Below, in pieces: positions 1-10,102 of a stretch of DNA of 40,556 nt (its first letter is position 1; every line of letters begins with the position of its first letter). This stretch comes from a virus (taxonomy: Duplodnaviria > Caudoviricetes): the IMG/VR virus record IMGVR_UViG_3300032290_000291, positions 1 to 40,556 of that record; one strand, 5' to 3'. Below the pieces are notes generated by a model that saw only the letters and a program-made list of their open reading frames with translations, was not told where the DNA came from and ran no database searches. Both the position numbers and the translations under genes were made by a program.

Positions 1-123
1 GCACCTTCAAACTGACCAATTTCGCCAGCCCAGATTGCATCATTGCTCTGGTACTCGTGCGGGTTACGCCACGATGCAGCACCAGTTTCGGCACGAAGAT
101 CGTGAGATACTTCTGGGTGAATA
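1..123. repeat. Terminal overlap, copy 1 (circular assembly join)
   Basis: Matches 40434-40556 except at position 78 (A vs T) and 108 (T vs C); lies inside a continuous reading frame. Confidence 0.97.
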
Positions 124-761
124 CCACACCAGTATAGTGATCCCTTACGACCATTAGCCTTGTTGGAACGAAGCTTTGCAACAGCGTAACGGATATCGGC
201 AGCAGATAGTGTGTCATCTGAAGTGATACCTGAAGTTGTTGTTGCAGTGGTTGTTCCACCAGTTGCGTAAAGTACGTTAGTACCTGTTAGCAATGCATCC
301 TGTGCTAGTTCGTCAATAGAATCAGCCATGTTGAATGCAATGATGTTAGCAACAGCAGGGTCTACATCTGCAAGAGATAGAAGACCAAGCTTCTTGCTAA
401 CCAAAGTAGCGTTACCATACTCGTTTAGAGTAATAGTTACCAGGTCTGGAGTTGCAAGAGCAACTGCAGTTGGATCTACTTCTTCAGACAGAACGCTCTT
501 AGCAACTGCCATGTCGTTGTAGATCTGTAGAGCTACAGATGAACCTGGCATTGCCTGACGTGCTGGCTTCTTGTCTGCTACTGAACGTAGCAATGGGGTT
601 GAGCGTAGTTCAAATTCAACAAGGCGATCATACGCCTTCTGAACTAGACCAGCACCGTTTGATGGTGTGAAGGTACCAACGTTGTTAGCGGAAGAGTAAG
701 CTCCACCACCGAGACCACCGTTAGTTGCTGCACTACCACCCGATAAGCCTGTTACAGCCAT
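1..761 (-). CDS. Major capsid protein, N-terminal part (continues across the join to 40433..40184; 336 aa in total)
   Basis: Not in the ORF track. ATG at 761 after an AAGGA SD; translates MAVTGLSGGS...LVQKAYDRLVEFELRSTP...VTITLNEYGNAT...YWCGIHPEVSHDLRAE and stays open through the join. Follows the scaffold-like gene and resembles N4-gp56-like HK97-fold capsids. Confidence 0.88.
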   Translation of the reverse strand, partial: MAVTGLSGGSAATNGGLGGGAYSSANNVGTFTPSNGAGLVQKAYDRLVEFELRSTPLLRSVADKKPARQAMPGSSVALQIYNDMAVAKSVLSEEVDPTAVALATPDLVTITLNEYGNATLVSKKLGLLSLADVDPAVANIIAFNMADSIDELAQDALLTGTNVLYATGGTTTATTTSGITSDDTLSAADIRYAVAKLRSNKANGRKGSLYWCGIHPEVSHDLRAETGAASWRNPHEYQSNDAIWAGEIGQFEG

Positions 762-789
762 GATTATTCCTTAGGGGTTGTGTGATTGA

Positions 790-1260
790 TTACGAATCTG
801 CGCCGTAAATCATTTCCATTAATTCTTCGGCACTCTGAGCGTTGTTAAGACGTGAGAACATGTCATTAACATCGTCAGGAGAAAGAGCAGAGCCTGTTAC
901 AGCATCAATCTGTCGCAGTGTAGATAGATTTTCTTGGTCTACCATAGACTGCTTTACTTGAGCTTGAACACCAAAGACTTCTCCATACTCATCCAACCAT
1001 TTGCTAATTGATTCTGGATCATTAGCAACATCTGATGGAATAAATGTAGCAATCTTAGGATTAACTCCTCTTTCATTTAGAACGGAACTGACGACAGACT
1101 GACGCTGAAAGCTACGTAAACCTTCTAGTTCAGTTTCTAGTTCCTTGATACGCTTAGACTTAGCGCGATCAGCTTTACGTAGGTTCTGTAACCCACCAGT
1201 TTGATCTTCTTCCTCAAAGAGGTCATCGTCGTCTTCGTACCATTCATTATTGTTACTCAT
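790..1260 (-). CDS. Capsid scaffolding protein
   Basis: Acidic N-terminus, coiled coil (LRKADRAKSKRIKELETEL), directly upstream of the capsid gene; SD AAGGGAG. Confidence 0.72.
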   Translation of the reverse strand: MSNNNEWYEDDDDLFEEEDQTGGLQNLRKADRAKSKRIKELETELEGLRSFQRQSVVSSVLNERGVNPKIATFIPSDVANDPESISKWLDEYGEVFGVQAQVKQSMVDQENLSTLRQIDAVTGSALSPDDVNDMFSRLNNAQSAEELMEMIYGADS

Positions 1261-1378
1261 CGTAACTATCTCCCTTATTCATTAGTTGAGCGCAGACCAC
1301 AAAGCTATACGGGGAATATAGCTTGGCTTCCACTACCAGTCTGTTACGTCGTTGGGGCTGGTCGATCCAACGAGAGCT
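1261..1378 (-). promoter_or_regulatory. Structured 5' leader of the scaffold/capsid genes (candidate cis-regulatory RNA)
   Basis: Stems at 1349-1355/1367-1373, 1302-1309/1317-1324 and 1293-1297/1339-1343, plus loop complementarity 1358-1362 with 1335-1339. Confidence 0.55.
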
Positions 1379-2197
1379 TTATACTTGAGCCTTGCGACTC
1401 AATGATCCAGTCTTAATACCTGACGATCCACCAAACTCTGCACGAGCTTGTGAAGCTAAACGCTTTGTACGCTTAGAAGTCTGACCAAAAAGATTTTCTT
1501 GCTCAAGTTCTTTTTGAATACCTTGAACATCATTTTCGCCAAACATTCTAGCTGCTTGCTCATAGCCAGTTTTTTGTTCAGCAACTTTAGATAAACCAAT
1601 ACGTGCTTTGCCACGATCAATACCTTGGCTTGAAAGAAAATTAGCACCAAGAGCAGACTTAATGCCAATTTCAGTTTCAGCTGCTTTAACTTCAGCAATA
1701 TCAATTTTGTTCTTTAGATAGTCTGAACCTTCTTTACCAAGAAGCAAACTATTTGCAATTTCGTTGTCAGTAATACCTGGATAAAGTTTACGTAGTTCGT
1801 CTACTAATGGTTTATCATCGCTATTAACAGCATTAGTTACTCTTGTATATGCAGAATTAAAACGTTTTTGCAGTTCAGTTACTGACACATCATTAGAAAT
1901 AAAACTTGCAAAGTTATCACGTGTAGCTAAACCACCAGCTTGATATGCCTTCATGGTTTCTTCATACATTTTTTCATTATAAAGATATTCAGCTTCAGAA
2001 AGAACTTGTTTTCCAGCAGCAAGACGAGCTGCATTTCCCTTAAATCTATCTTGATAAGTTTGAGTTTTGCGAAGTTCGTTATAAATAACATTAGTATCTT
2101 CAGCATCGTAATCTTGAAGCAGTTGAGTTATAACACTAGCTAATTCAGGTAAACCAGCATCAATGAATATTTGTTTAAGATCTTCCCAACCAGCCAT
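1379..2197 (-). CDS. Putative internal virion (ejection) protein, 272 aa
   Basis: Long ORF, helical composition, 1-nt coupled overlap with the upstream gene, inside the structural operon. Confidence 0.55.
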   Translation of the reverse strand: MAGWEDLKQIFIDAGLPELASVITQLLQDYDAEDTNVIYNELRKTQTYQDRFKGNAARLAAGKQVLSEAEYLYNEKMYEETMKAYQAGGLATRDNFASFISNDVSVTELQKRFNSAYTRVTNAVNSDDKPLVDELRKLYPGITDNEIANSLLLGKEGSDYLKNKIDIAEVKAAETEIGIKSALGANFLSSQGIDRGKARIGLSKVAEQKTGYEQAARMFGENDVQGIQKELEQENLFGQTSKRTKRLASQARAEFGGSSGIKTGSLSRKAQV

Positions 2198-3261
2198 TAT
2201 ATCTTTCCAAACTTAGATAAAATATCATTTGCTATTCCAAAAACTTTGTCTTTGTTTACGTCAGCCCATTTATCAGATTTACGTAAAGTTTTAACAAAAG
2301 CTTGATTGCCCACTGGGTTTCCTTTATCGTCAACTGCTTTCATTGCAGCATCAAGATATTCGTTTTTAAGATCAATGCTATCTACATTTTCTTTTAACTC
2401 AGTAGCAATAAGTTGACGATAACCAGCAGCAAGATCTTCAACACTATTAAAACTATCTAGCTTGTTAGCCCATGCACTATACTGTTGTTTTGCAATATTT
2501 GTAATATAGTCTTTTGATTTATTAACATCAAAATCTTGCGATGTAATTCCTCGCACCTGATTAAGTATCCAATCATTTGCAACTGTTACATTATTCTTTT
2601 TAGCCCAGTCACGAATTTGATCTTCTGCTTCGCCAGCACTACCAAATAAAGAACCAATTTTTTCTTGATCAGTTTGACCAGAATAATTAATGTAGCCAGA
2701 AATTAAATCATTTATTTCTGATGGATTAAAACCATTTTGTAAACTAGTACGAGCTAGTTCATCAGCTTGAGCATCAGTTAAAGAAACACCAAGCAATCCT
2801 GCTGCATCTTGAATGCCTGACTTACTACTTTTAACTTTCTTTGCAAATTCTCCTGCTTGTGCAGGATCATTAGCTATTACATAATACTCACGTTGAGCTT
2901 GACTTTTTTCTTTATACCAATTAAGTGATCGAAGCCTAATTGTAAACATTTCTTTACTAAACTCTTCGCCACGTTTTTGCGCTGCCCATGCTTCATCAAA
3001 CAAAGTTTTAAGTTCTGGGTTTGAATTAATAATTGCAAGTGGAATATCATAGCTAGTAGCTCGAGCAGCTTGAGTAATCCAACCTTGATTATCATCCCAA
3101 ACAGCACCTTCTGCTGGTTCTGGTGGTTTAACCCAAGGATTTTTTTTCTTATCTTTGCCAGTGTTAGCAATCCAAGCAGAGCCTGGCTTTGGATCTGGAG
3201 TTGTTGTTGTAGATGTAGTGGTTACACCATTAGTGGTACTCGTGGTTGTACTTTTAGCCAT
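2197..3261 (-). CDS. Putative internal virion protein, 354 aa
   Basis: Long ORF with a Thr-rich N-terminus and helical body, inside the structural operon. Confidence 0.55.
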   Translation of the reverse strand: MAKSTTTSTTNGVTTTSTTTTPDPKPGSAWIANTGKDKKKNPWVKPPEPAEGAVWDDNQGWITQAARATSYDIPLAIINSNPELKTLFDEAWAAQKRGEEFSKEMFTIRLRSLNWYKEKSQAQREYYVIANDPAQAGEFAKKVKSSKSGIQDAAGLLGVSLTDAQADELARTSLQNGFNPSEINDLISGYINYSGQTDQEKIGSLFGSAGEAEDQIRDWAKKNNVTVANDWILNQVRGITSQDFDVNKSKDYITNIAKQQYSAWANKLDSFNSVEDLAAGYRQLIATELKENVDSIDLKNEYLDAAMKAVDDKGNPVGNQAFVKTLRKSDKWADVNKDKVFGIANDILSKFGKI

Positions 3262-3262
3262 G

Positions 3263-4240
3263 TTAACCTAATTCAATCGGAGATTTAATAGCGTCCATAA
3301 AATAATCTAAATATTTTGTAGCTTTGTTATATCCTTCTGCTTCTGGATTAGCTAACGCTTCTTCGCGCATTATGGATTGCATAGTATTTGAATCAACTCC
3401 ACCAGATTGAGTTTGAGTTGTTGTATTACCAGACTTAGTGCTTACAGTAACCTGTGGATTTTTCTTCTCATAAGCCTGAAGTTTAGAAACAAAATCATTT
3501 AGTTCGTCTTCTGAAGCACCACGACCAACAGTTTGCTGAAACAGTTGATCAATAGCAATTTCAAATTCTTCTGGTTTAAATTTTTGGTGAACAACCTGTC
3601 TTTGAGTACCGCCTCCGCCACCAAATGACGTAGAACTATAGCTACCAGTAACAGGAGCGTTAGCAAGATAAGCATCAAAACTTAAAATCTTTTGAGTACC
3701 AGTTTGAGTTGCTGCTAAAGCAGTATTTGCTGCAGTTGCATAAATTAATGCATTTGCTAATGCTTGCGAAAACAAAGGATCTGGAGCGTCACCTTGAGCA
3801 ATAGAATTAGCACTACTTTTTGGGTTTGCATACATTTGTTTTTGATCAAGTAAAGTTTTTAATTCTTGGATGCCACCAGGCTTAGACATTTTTTCTGTAA
3901 TAATTTTTTGTAGTGCTTCATCCATAGAGATAGGAGAGCCAGCTGCTGCGCCCATACTAGTAATTGTGCTTGGCAAGTACTTTCCAGTTAAATTATCGCC
4001 AATAAATGCAATTGCTATTGGTTGTTCTGCTGGCTGTTGATTCCATTGATATCCATTAATACTATCATTCCAAGCAAAAGCACCTGGACCAAAAAGATTT
4101 CCAGTTGGTTTAATAGTTACTGGAGGTTTGCCAGTTCCCATTGTACCTGCGCCAGTACCAGCAGTAGTAACATTAAATGGTGGTCTATATGGTTTAGAAC
4201 CACCTGGACCACCGAATGATCCTGTTCCTCCGCCAGCCAT
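3263..4240 (-). CDS. Putative internal virion protein, 325 aa
   Basis: Gly/Thr-rich N-terminus, coupled to the 1736-aa gene. Confidence 0.55.
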   Translation of the reverse strand: MAGGGTGSFGGPGGSKPYRPPFNVTTAGTGAGTMGTGKPPVTIKPTGNLFGPGAFAWNDSINGYQWNQQPAEQPIAIAFIGDNLTGKYLPSTITSMGAAAGSPISMDEALQKIITEKMSKPGGIQELKTLLDQKQMYANPKSSANSIAQGDAPDPLFSQALANALIYATAANTALAATQTGTQKILSFDAYLANAPVTGSYSSTSFGGGGGTQRQVVHQKFKPEEFEIAIDQLFQQTVGRGASEDELNDFVSKLQAYEKKNPQVTVSTKSGNTTTQTQSGGVDSNTMQSIMREEALANPEAEGYNKATKYLDYFMDAIKSPIELG

Positions 4241-7200
4241 TAGTTTCCTACCTTCTCAATAACGTTTCTATTTACTCCAGGTTGTGCATCGCGTGACTTT
4301 GCATTCATCATTTTGAGTAATCCATACTTGTAATATTGTTCAACTGTTCTGCTTGGATCAGCATTAATTAACTTTTGAATTTTTTCTTGAGTTTCTCTTT
4401 TTTTAGTACGCTTTAAATCTGCAGCACCTGAAGGATCTAAAGTATCAATGTAATTTGCATACTCTATGAACTCGTTAAATGCTGAATAAGCTTCGTTAAT
4501 ACTTCTTTTTACTTCTAATTTAACATCAGCGTTAGGAGAATTAACATAATTGTATGCTGATTGAATAAAATCTGAGGCATCACCGTTATCTTTACCTGAA
4601 GCAATATATTCTTCTAGTCCAGGTACGCCGCGTTTGTAATCTCTGCGCCAATCTTCATAAGCCTGAAGAGATGCTCTACGTAAATCTACATTTGTAAATG
4701 GAATACCACGAAGTTCTTCTTCTTCTTGATCATTAATATCGTAGTAAGCGTTAGCATATTCTTTAAGCATGATGTCTTCGTAGTAAGCTTCAATGTATCC
4801 TTGAGCAGTTTTATTTTCGGGAATTCTATTTGTAATTCCTGCTGCTTCTGCCCACTTATAAACTCCAGGACTAAACTCACCAGTGTTAGGAGCAAACATT
4901 AATGCGCCATTGCCATACTTTTTAATTGCTTCTTCGTTGGTAATGGTCCAGTCTTGCATTTCATTTGAATATCTAATGATTGGCTTTACTGTTTCTTGAT
5001 CTGTGCTTACAACATAAACAACTTTACCTGGGTTTTCACCCATCCAAGTAGCAAGAGCAAGTTCATAATGGTTTTCAACATCTGGATACTTTAATTTAAG
5101 CTGATCAAGAACTTCAAAGAAGCTTGATTTCATACTTACAATGCCAGTATCTTTTAAGTATGTTGGCAAATCTTTTGTATCTTTTGTTTGAACAGCAAAT
5201 GGAAGAATCATTCCAAGTAATGCACGAGTAACAATAATGTTATGAGCACTAACCTTTATGGTCTGTAAATACTTGCGCTTATCTTCATCAAGTAAGGCTT
5301 GGTTAACAACTCCATTTTCATCAACATACTTTTTATCAGTCGGATCAATACCTAAATCATTTGCCTGATTGTAGGCTAACGCTTGCATGTAGGCAGATAC
5401 TTCTTGTTGAGATCTTTCATCTGGAGATAGCATCTTCCAAATGTTATTAACAAACTTAGGTGTAAGCGAACCTTTTAAAGTAACATTGTCGCCCATTGAA
5501 CCAAGTGTCCATTGATCTAAATCTTCAGCAGCATTTTTAGTTGTTTTAAAATTACCAAGCAAAGACTTTACGGCAAGTACAGAAATTGATCCTGCTGGAC
5601 CAGATAGATACGGAACACCAGCATCAGTCTGGAATGAAGGGTTACCAGCAGTTAAGTTAAATGTAATATCGTTAAACAATGGTTGTCTGACTGAAACTTC
5701 GTTACCTGTAAGAGCGCGAAGAGTGCCATCAACTGCACCATAGATAACATCGTCCATTGGAAGTACAACGTACTTTTCTCCATTTGAATCTTCGTGGACA
5801 TCTCCAGTAGCATCTAAACCTTGGTTCATCAGACGCATACGGTAGATAGTATTTAACTTGTTTTCTTTAACAAGACGATACATACGTCGATGGAAATCTT
5901 CTACTGCGCGATAGAAACGACCAACAGTTCTAATGTTGTAAGCAAACACTGTGCGTATATCTGGATTATCAGCATACTTAAGAACTCTATTGGTAGCTTC
6001 TGTTATTGCTCTATTAGTAAAGAACTCTTTAGATACCGCTTTACCTTGAGCTAGGGCTTGATCTGGATCTAAACCTTGTTTAATTAATTTCTTTGCAATC
6101 TCATCTGCGTAGCCAGCTTCTTCGGGTGCGTGTTGCTTGCGAGATAATATGTAGTGAGCATGAACAATTGGTGCACGTACCATATCGTCATTCTGTCGAG
6201 ACATTGCTTCAAAGGCTCCGTCTCCCCACTTGCGAAGATTTCCCTCAAAACCTAATTTAACATCTGTCAGGTCAGTAACAATTTCGTTTTTAGGTTTGTA
6301 ATCTTTAACTAATTTTGAATAACTTGGAATTTTTATTTTTCCACTTGGGTAAAGTACGTCTTCATTTCTAGCTATTTGATTAAGAATTTTTTTATGATCT
6401 CTGTGGTATCCCTTTATAAAAGGTTGGAATACTTTTACAAGGTTAGCATTAAATTGATTTACGTCTCCATGAAATGCAACATAAAGATCTGCAAAAGTAT
6501 CTCTAATAAAACCTTCAACTTTTTTAACATCTGATAAACCATCAAATTTTGCAAAGTGAGTTGATGAATTAATAAATCTTTGAATATCACCAAGCTTTTT
6601 ATTGCTTGTATACCATACTCCGTCGCGGAACCTAAAACCAACTGCTTCTAAAAATTGACCAACAGCTTTGTCTACATCTTGTTTTGTTTGTAAGCCATTG
6701 TTAGCAATAAATAATCTTGCAGGATTAGCGTTTGCATTTTTTATGCCACCAATTTCAAATCCATCTTGATTAAATCTTGTAATAAAGTTATGAAACATTG
6801 TAGCGTCAACAACTTCATCGGTCATGTTCTTTAATTTTTTAACTTCAAAAAGTCCAGATGGAGTAAGTTTTGCTTCTTCAAGAGATAAATCACTATTCTT
6901 TTTTGAAATTAAATGATCTCCACCACGAATGGTTTGTTGATTCATGGTTGCATCAATAACTTTTAATGAAGTTGAATCAGCTAAAAATTGCGGATTAAAT
7001 TCTCCAAGATCATGCAAATATTCTTTTTCAACTAAATCAATGTTGTCACCGTACTTGGCTGTGCCAAGTTTCATAAATTCTCTTTTAGCAGCTCGATTAG
7101 CTTCAAACCTACTAGCGTAATTGCCATCATAGTAAGCTTCATCAATCTGTGCGTTTACTTCATCGCGTTCTTTTTTACTAATAGTCCTAACTGGACCAAT

Positions 7201-9450
7201 GCCTTTTCCAGTTAACTTGCTAAGACCAGCTTGCAAAAAATCTTTTATAGGACCAGTAGCTTTATTGCTTCCAGCTGCTGCAGCAAATGATTTACCATAT
7301 CTTTGTGCTTTAACAAATTCTCTAAGTTCTGGAACTGTAGCAGTTAATGTATAAAGAAAACCTTCATCAATTCCACTTCTAATACCAAGTTGTGGAAATA
7401 AAGTTAAAAGACTCCATTTGTCCATAAAGTCTGCAACAACTTTGCTATTATAAGCTCCGCCAATAAGTCTGCTTGCAGTTGCAACATCTAGTTTTTTATC
7501 TGCCCGTAACTGATTGTATGCAACAAACTGAGAAGCTAAACGCCAATTTATAGGACTAATAGCATCTTTTAATTGACCTGGTTGGATTGGACCGCGAATG
7601 GTTCCATCTATTAATTCGCTTCCAAAATGTTCAGGATGAACAATTTCATCTGTAACACCAAAAAGTCCGTCACCATAACGACTATTAATTTCAGTGTCAA
7701 TATACTTTTGTCCACCTGGTAGACCATGAATACCAGCACTACGGAAAGTTAATATATCAAGATTCTTTTTAAGTAAAATTCTTTCAGCTTGAGTTGAACT
7801 TATAAAATGTTCAGTATACAAACCAGCTAATACTTTATCTTTAAAAACTAAATTAGCTTGCTGCTTCAAGGTTTCAATGGTGTCAATAAATCTTTCATCG
7901 GTTCTAACACCTTTGTCTCCTGGATGCAAAGAAAATTGATACTCAAGACGTTTAAGGAATTTTTTAAGACCCTTACCTGCTGCATCTTGGATTACTTTTT
8001 CTACATCAGTAAGATTTCCAGAACTTAAATCAGAAAGAAGCTTTGTAGTTCCAGCTTCATCTAATTGATCAAAAGCTGCTTTACCTCTAAATATTTCTTT
8101 AACTTTTTCTTTAGCCTTTAAAGTAATTTCACGGGTAGGCTTAGCATAAACTGCACCCTTTTTAGCAAATGCTGTACCAACAACTCTGCCTTGAATTAAT
8201 CTAGCAAAGTTTTGTGGTTCTTCTTCAGTAAACTTTGCCTTAAAACTATCAAAGTCAGTTACTTCTTCACCAGCCCAAAAATTAATTTCTTCAGGTGTGC
8301 CATGATCTGGATAGCGACTTTGAATTTGATCTTTAATTTTATTTGCTTCACGAGCATTTCCAGCTTTAGAAGCTGCAGCATACTCGCCAATTCTTTCGCC
8401 GTATCCTTCAAAGTACTTAGCAACTCCAGGATCAGCAAAGTGTGCAACAACATCTCTGCTAGTTACTAATGCCTTAGTTAATCTTTCAGCCTTAAAGAAA
8501 GTGCTTCGACCTGCAGTTAAATAAGTTAATGGATCGGCAAAAATTTGAAAAGCTAAATCAATAGCACCAGATCCAGCTTTAAATGCAAATTCTCCAGATA
8601 CTAAACCAAAACGATCTTCTGCATCCCTGTCAAATTTTTTATTTACCCAACGTGCTACTGCGCGACCAGGAGATAAACGTGCACGGTCAAATTCGTCCAT
8701 AACTTCTGCAACTTTATCTGGCTCATTAAATACCTGATTAACTGCTTGAAGAATTGCTCCATCATTAGGACCCCATGCGTCAATAATTTCGCCAGGAGTT
8801 TTACCAGCAAGTAAATGCATTGCAGCAAAGCTAAGTTCTTTACCGTGTTTTTTTTCTAATTGTTCTTTAAGATTTTCGTCATAGCTAAAGTCGCCATCAA
8901 ATGATATTTCAAAATTAGAACGGGTCCAAAAATTTTCTCTGTTAGTAACAGCATCTTGAGCCATTGTGTACGGAGCATTAAAAGCTCTTTCATACTGTCC
9001 AGCTGCTCCCATAACAGCTCTAAGAGGAGATTTAAAAAAATCACCAACACTAAAACCGTTATCAAGACCAAGCAATTTTCGCTTTGCTGGATCTTCAACA
9101 ATTAAATCTTTATGTGCTTTATTAGCATAATCAACTTTGTAGTAAGCCTGAAGAGTTTCTTGCTCTTCCTTGCTTAATTTTTTAAATTCTTCAGAAGCCT
9201 TTTTATTATTCATCTTCATTAATTTTTCGTGAGCACCTTTAATTGAAGACCAAGTTTCAATTAAATTTCGTTCTTCACGAGTTAAATTTACACGAGCACC
9301 AGCAGCATAAAGAGCAGGACTAATTTCTCCAACAATTGGTTTTAATGATTGTTTTACTGCACGGGAAGGATCGCCAATAGGTTGTTGAGCAAATGGGCTA
9401 GGTTGCTCAAATGGACTTTCTTGTTCAAATGGTCCAGGTTGAATAGTCAC
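4240..9450 (-). CDS. Large internal virion / DNA-ejection protein, 1736 aa
   Basis: Largest ORF; size and position match podoviral ejectosome proteins; lacks tape-measure repeats; no catalytic motif recognised. Confidence 0.62.
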   Translation of the reverse strand: MTIQPGPFEQESPFEQPSPFAQQPIGDPSRAVKQSLKPIVGEISPALYAAGARVNLTREERNLIETWSSIKGAHEKLMKMNNKKASEEFKKLSKEEQETLQAYYKVDYANKAHKDLIVEDPAKRKLLGLDNGFSVGDFFKSPLRAVMGAAGQYERAFNAPYTMAQDAVTNRENFWTRSNFEISFDGDFSYDENLKEQLEKKHGKELSFAAMHLLAGKTPGEIIDAWGPNDGAILQAVNQVFNEPDKVAEVMDEFDRARLSPGRAVARWVNKKFDRDAEDRFGLVSGEFAFKAGSGAIDLAFQIFADPLTYLTAGRSTFFKAERLTKALVTSRDVVAHFADPGVAKYFEGYGERIGEYAAASKAGNAREANKIKDQIQSRYPDHGTPEEINFWAGEEVTDFDSFKAKFTEEEPQNFARLIQGRVVGTAFAKKGAVYAKPTREITLKAKEKVKEIFRGKAAFDQLDEAGTTKLLSDLSSGNLTDVEKVIQDAAGKGLKKFLKRLEYQFSLHPGDKGVRTDERFIDTIETLKQQANLVFKDKVLAGLYTEHFISSTQAERILLKKNLDILTFRSAGIHGLPGGQKYIDTEINSRYGDGLFGVTDEIVHPEHFGSELIDGTIRGPIQPGQLKDAISPINWRLASQFVAYNQLRADKKLDVATASRLIGGAYNSKVVADFMDKWSLLTLFPQLGIRSGIDEGFLYTLTATVPELREFVKAQRYGKSFAAAAGSNKATGPIKDFLQAGLSKLTGKGIGPVRTISKKERDEVNAQIDEAYYDGNYASRFEANRAAKREFMKLGTAKYGDNIDLVEKEYLHDLGEFNPQFLADSTSLKVIDATMNQQTIRGGDHLISKKNSDLSLEEAKLTPSGLFEVKKLKNMTDEVVDATMFHNFITRFNQDGFEIGGIKNANANPARLFIANNGLQTKQDVDKAVGQFLEAVGFRFRDGVWYTSNKKLGDIQRFINSSTHFAKFDGLSDVKKVEGFIRDTFADLYVAFHGDVNQFNANLVKVFQPFIKGYHRDHKKILNQIARNEDVLYPSGKIKIPSYSKLVKDYKPKNEIVTDLTDVKLGFEGNLRKWGDGAFEAMSRQNDDMVRAPIVHAHYILSRKQHAPEEAGYADEIAKKLIKQGLDPDQALAQGKAVSKEFFTNRAITEATNRVLKYADNPDIRTVFAYNIRTVGRFYRAVEDFHRRMYRLVKENKLNTIYRMRLMNQGLDATGDVHEDSNGEKYVVLPMDDVIYGAVDGTLRALTGNEVSVRQPLFNDITFNLTAGNPSFQTDAGVPYLSGPAGSISVLAVKSLLGNFKTTKNAAEDLDQWTLGSMGDNVTLKGSLTPKFVNNIWKMLSPDERSQQEVSAYMQALAYNQANDLGIDPTDKKYVDENGVVNQALLDEDKRKYLQTIKVSAHNIIVTRALLGMILPFAVQTKDTKDLPTYLKDTGIVSMKSSFFEVLDQLKLKYPDVENHYELALATWMGENPGKVVYVVSTDQETVKPIIRYSNEMQDWTITNEEAIKKYGNGALMFAPNTGEFSPGVYKWAEAAGITNRIPENKTAQGYIEAYYEDIMLKEYANAYYDINDQEEEELRGIPFTNVDLRRASLQAYEDWRRDYKRGVPGLEEYIASGKDNGDASDFIQSAYNYVNSPNADVKLEVKRSINEAYSAFNEFIEYANYIDTLDPSGAADLKRTKKRETQEKIQKLINADPSRTVEQYYKYGLLKMMNAKSRDAQPGVNRNVIEKVGN

Positions 9451-9851
9451 TAAACAATACCTCTGGCGTTTAGATCATTTAGAATCATTTCAATTTCACC
9501 TGATGGATCATTTTGTGCAAGACGACCAAGAATTTGAGTTGCATTAAAACTACGTGCTGGAAGATTAAGAGCTTCTGGTCCAGGACCTGCACCTAGTGGG
9601 CTACCAGAGGTAACTGGTTCATTTGGAAATTCAGTTGGAGCAAATAAGCCAGTAACATTTGGTTGTCGTGGTGCTGGTTGTTTTGCCATAGGAGCACCAG
9701 CCATTAGTTCTTCAGTAGCTTTGCGATCTCCATAAACATTTGGATTACTTGCAGTCATCATATCGGTACGCTGTGACAAAGCACCTGGTCCAGAAACTGG
9801 TTTAGCTTGACTATTGGTACGAACTGGTCGGTTACCACCTTGCTGTGCCAT
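9450..9851 (-). CDS. Pro/Gly-rich virion-associated protein, 133 aa
   Basis: ORF between the portal and ejection genes (PVSGPGALSQRTD; PNEPVTSGSPLGAGPGPEAL). Confidence 0.6.
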   Translation of the reverse strand: MAQQGGNRPVRTNSQAKPVSGPGALSQRTDMMTASNPNVYGDRKATEELMAGAPMAKQPAPRQPNVTGLFAPTEFPNEPVTSGSPLGAGPGPEALNLPARSFNATQILGRLAQNDPSGEIEMILNDLNARGIV

Positions 9852-9853
9852 AA

Positions 9854-10102
9854 CTAATCCTCTTCTTCTTCTTCAACAAAATCATTTTCTAATGCATGTT
9901 GGATTAATCCAGTTACATGCCATATTGGTGATTTATCATCAAATATTGTACTTGCCCAGTATTGACCGTCACCATCAAAAAACTCTGCGGTAACAAAATA
10001 AGTAGTACAGAATGCACCATCTTTATGAAATGTATGTCCGTACTCATCAAGTAAATCTTTTAATTTACTTCTAAATAAAACTAAACGTTCTTCTTCTGTC
10101 AT
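9854..10102 (-). CDS. Hypothetical protein, 82 aa, acidic C-terminus
   Basis: ATGA overlap with the portal stop codon; fills the gap exactly. Confidence 0.7.
   Translation of the reverse strand: MTEEERLVLFRSKLKDLLDEYGHTFHKDGAFCTTYFVTAEFFDGDGQYWASTIFDDKSPIWHVTGLIQHALENDFVEEEEED

Noticed and set aside
4240-9450. Virion RNA polymerase, tape measure or ADP-ribosyltransferase toxin
   Set aside because: No polymerase, ART or tape-measure repeat motifs recognised; remote homology cannot be excluded without HMM or structure searches.
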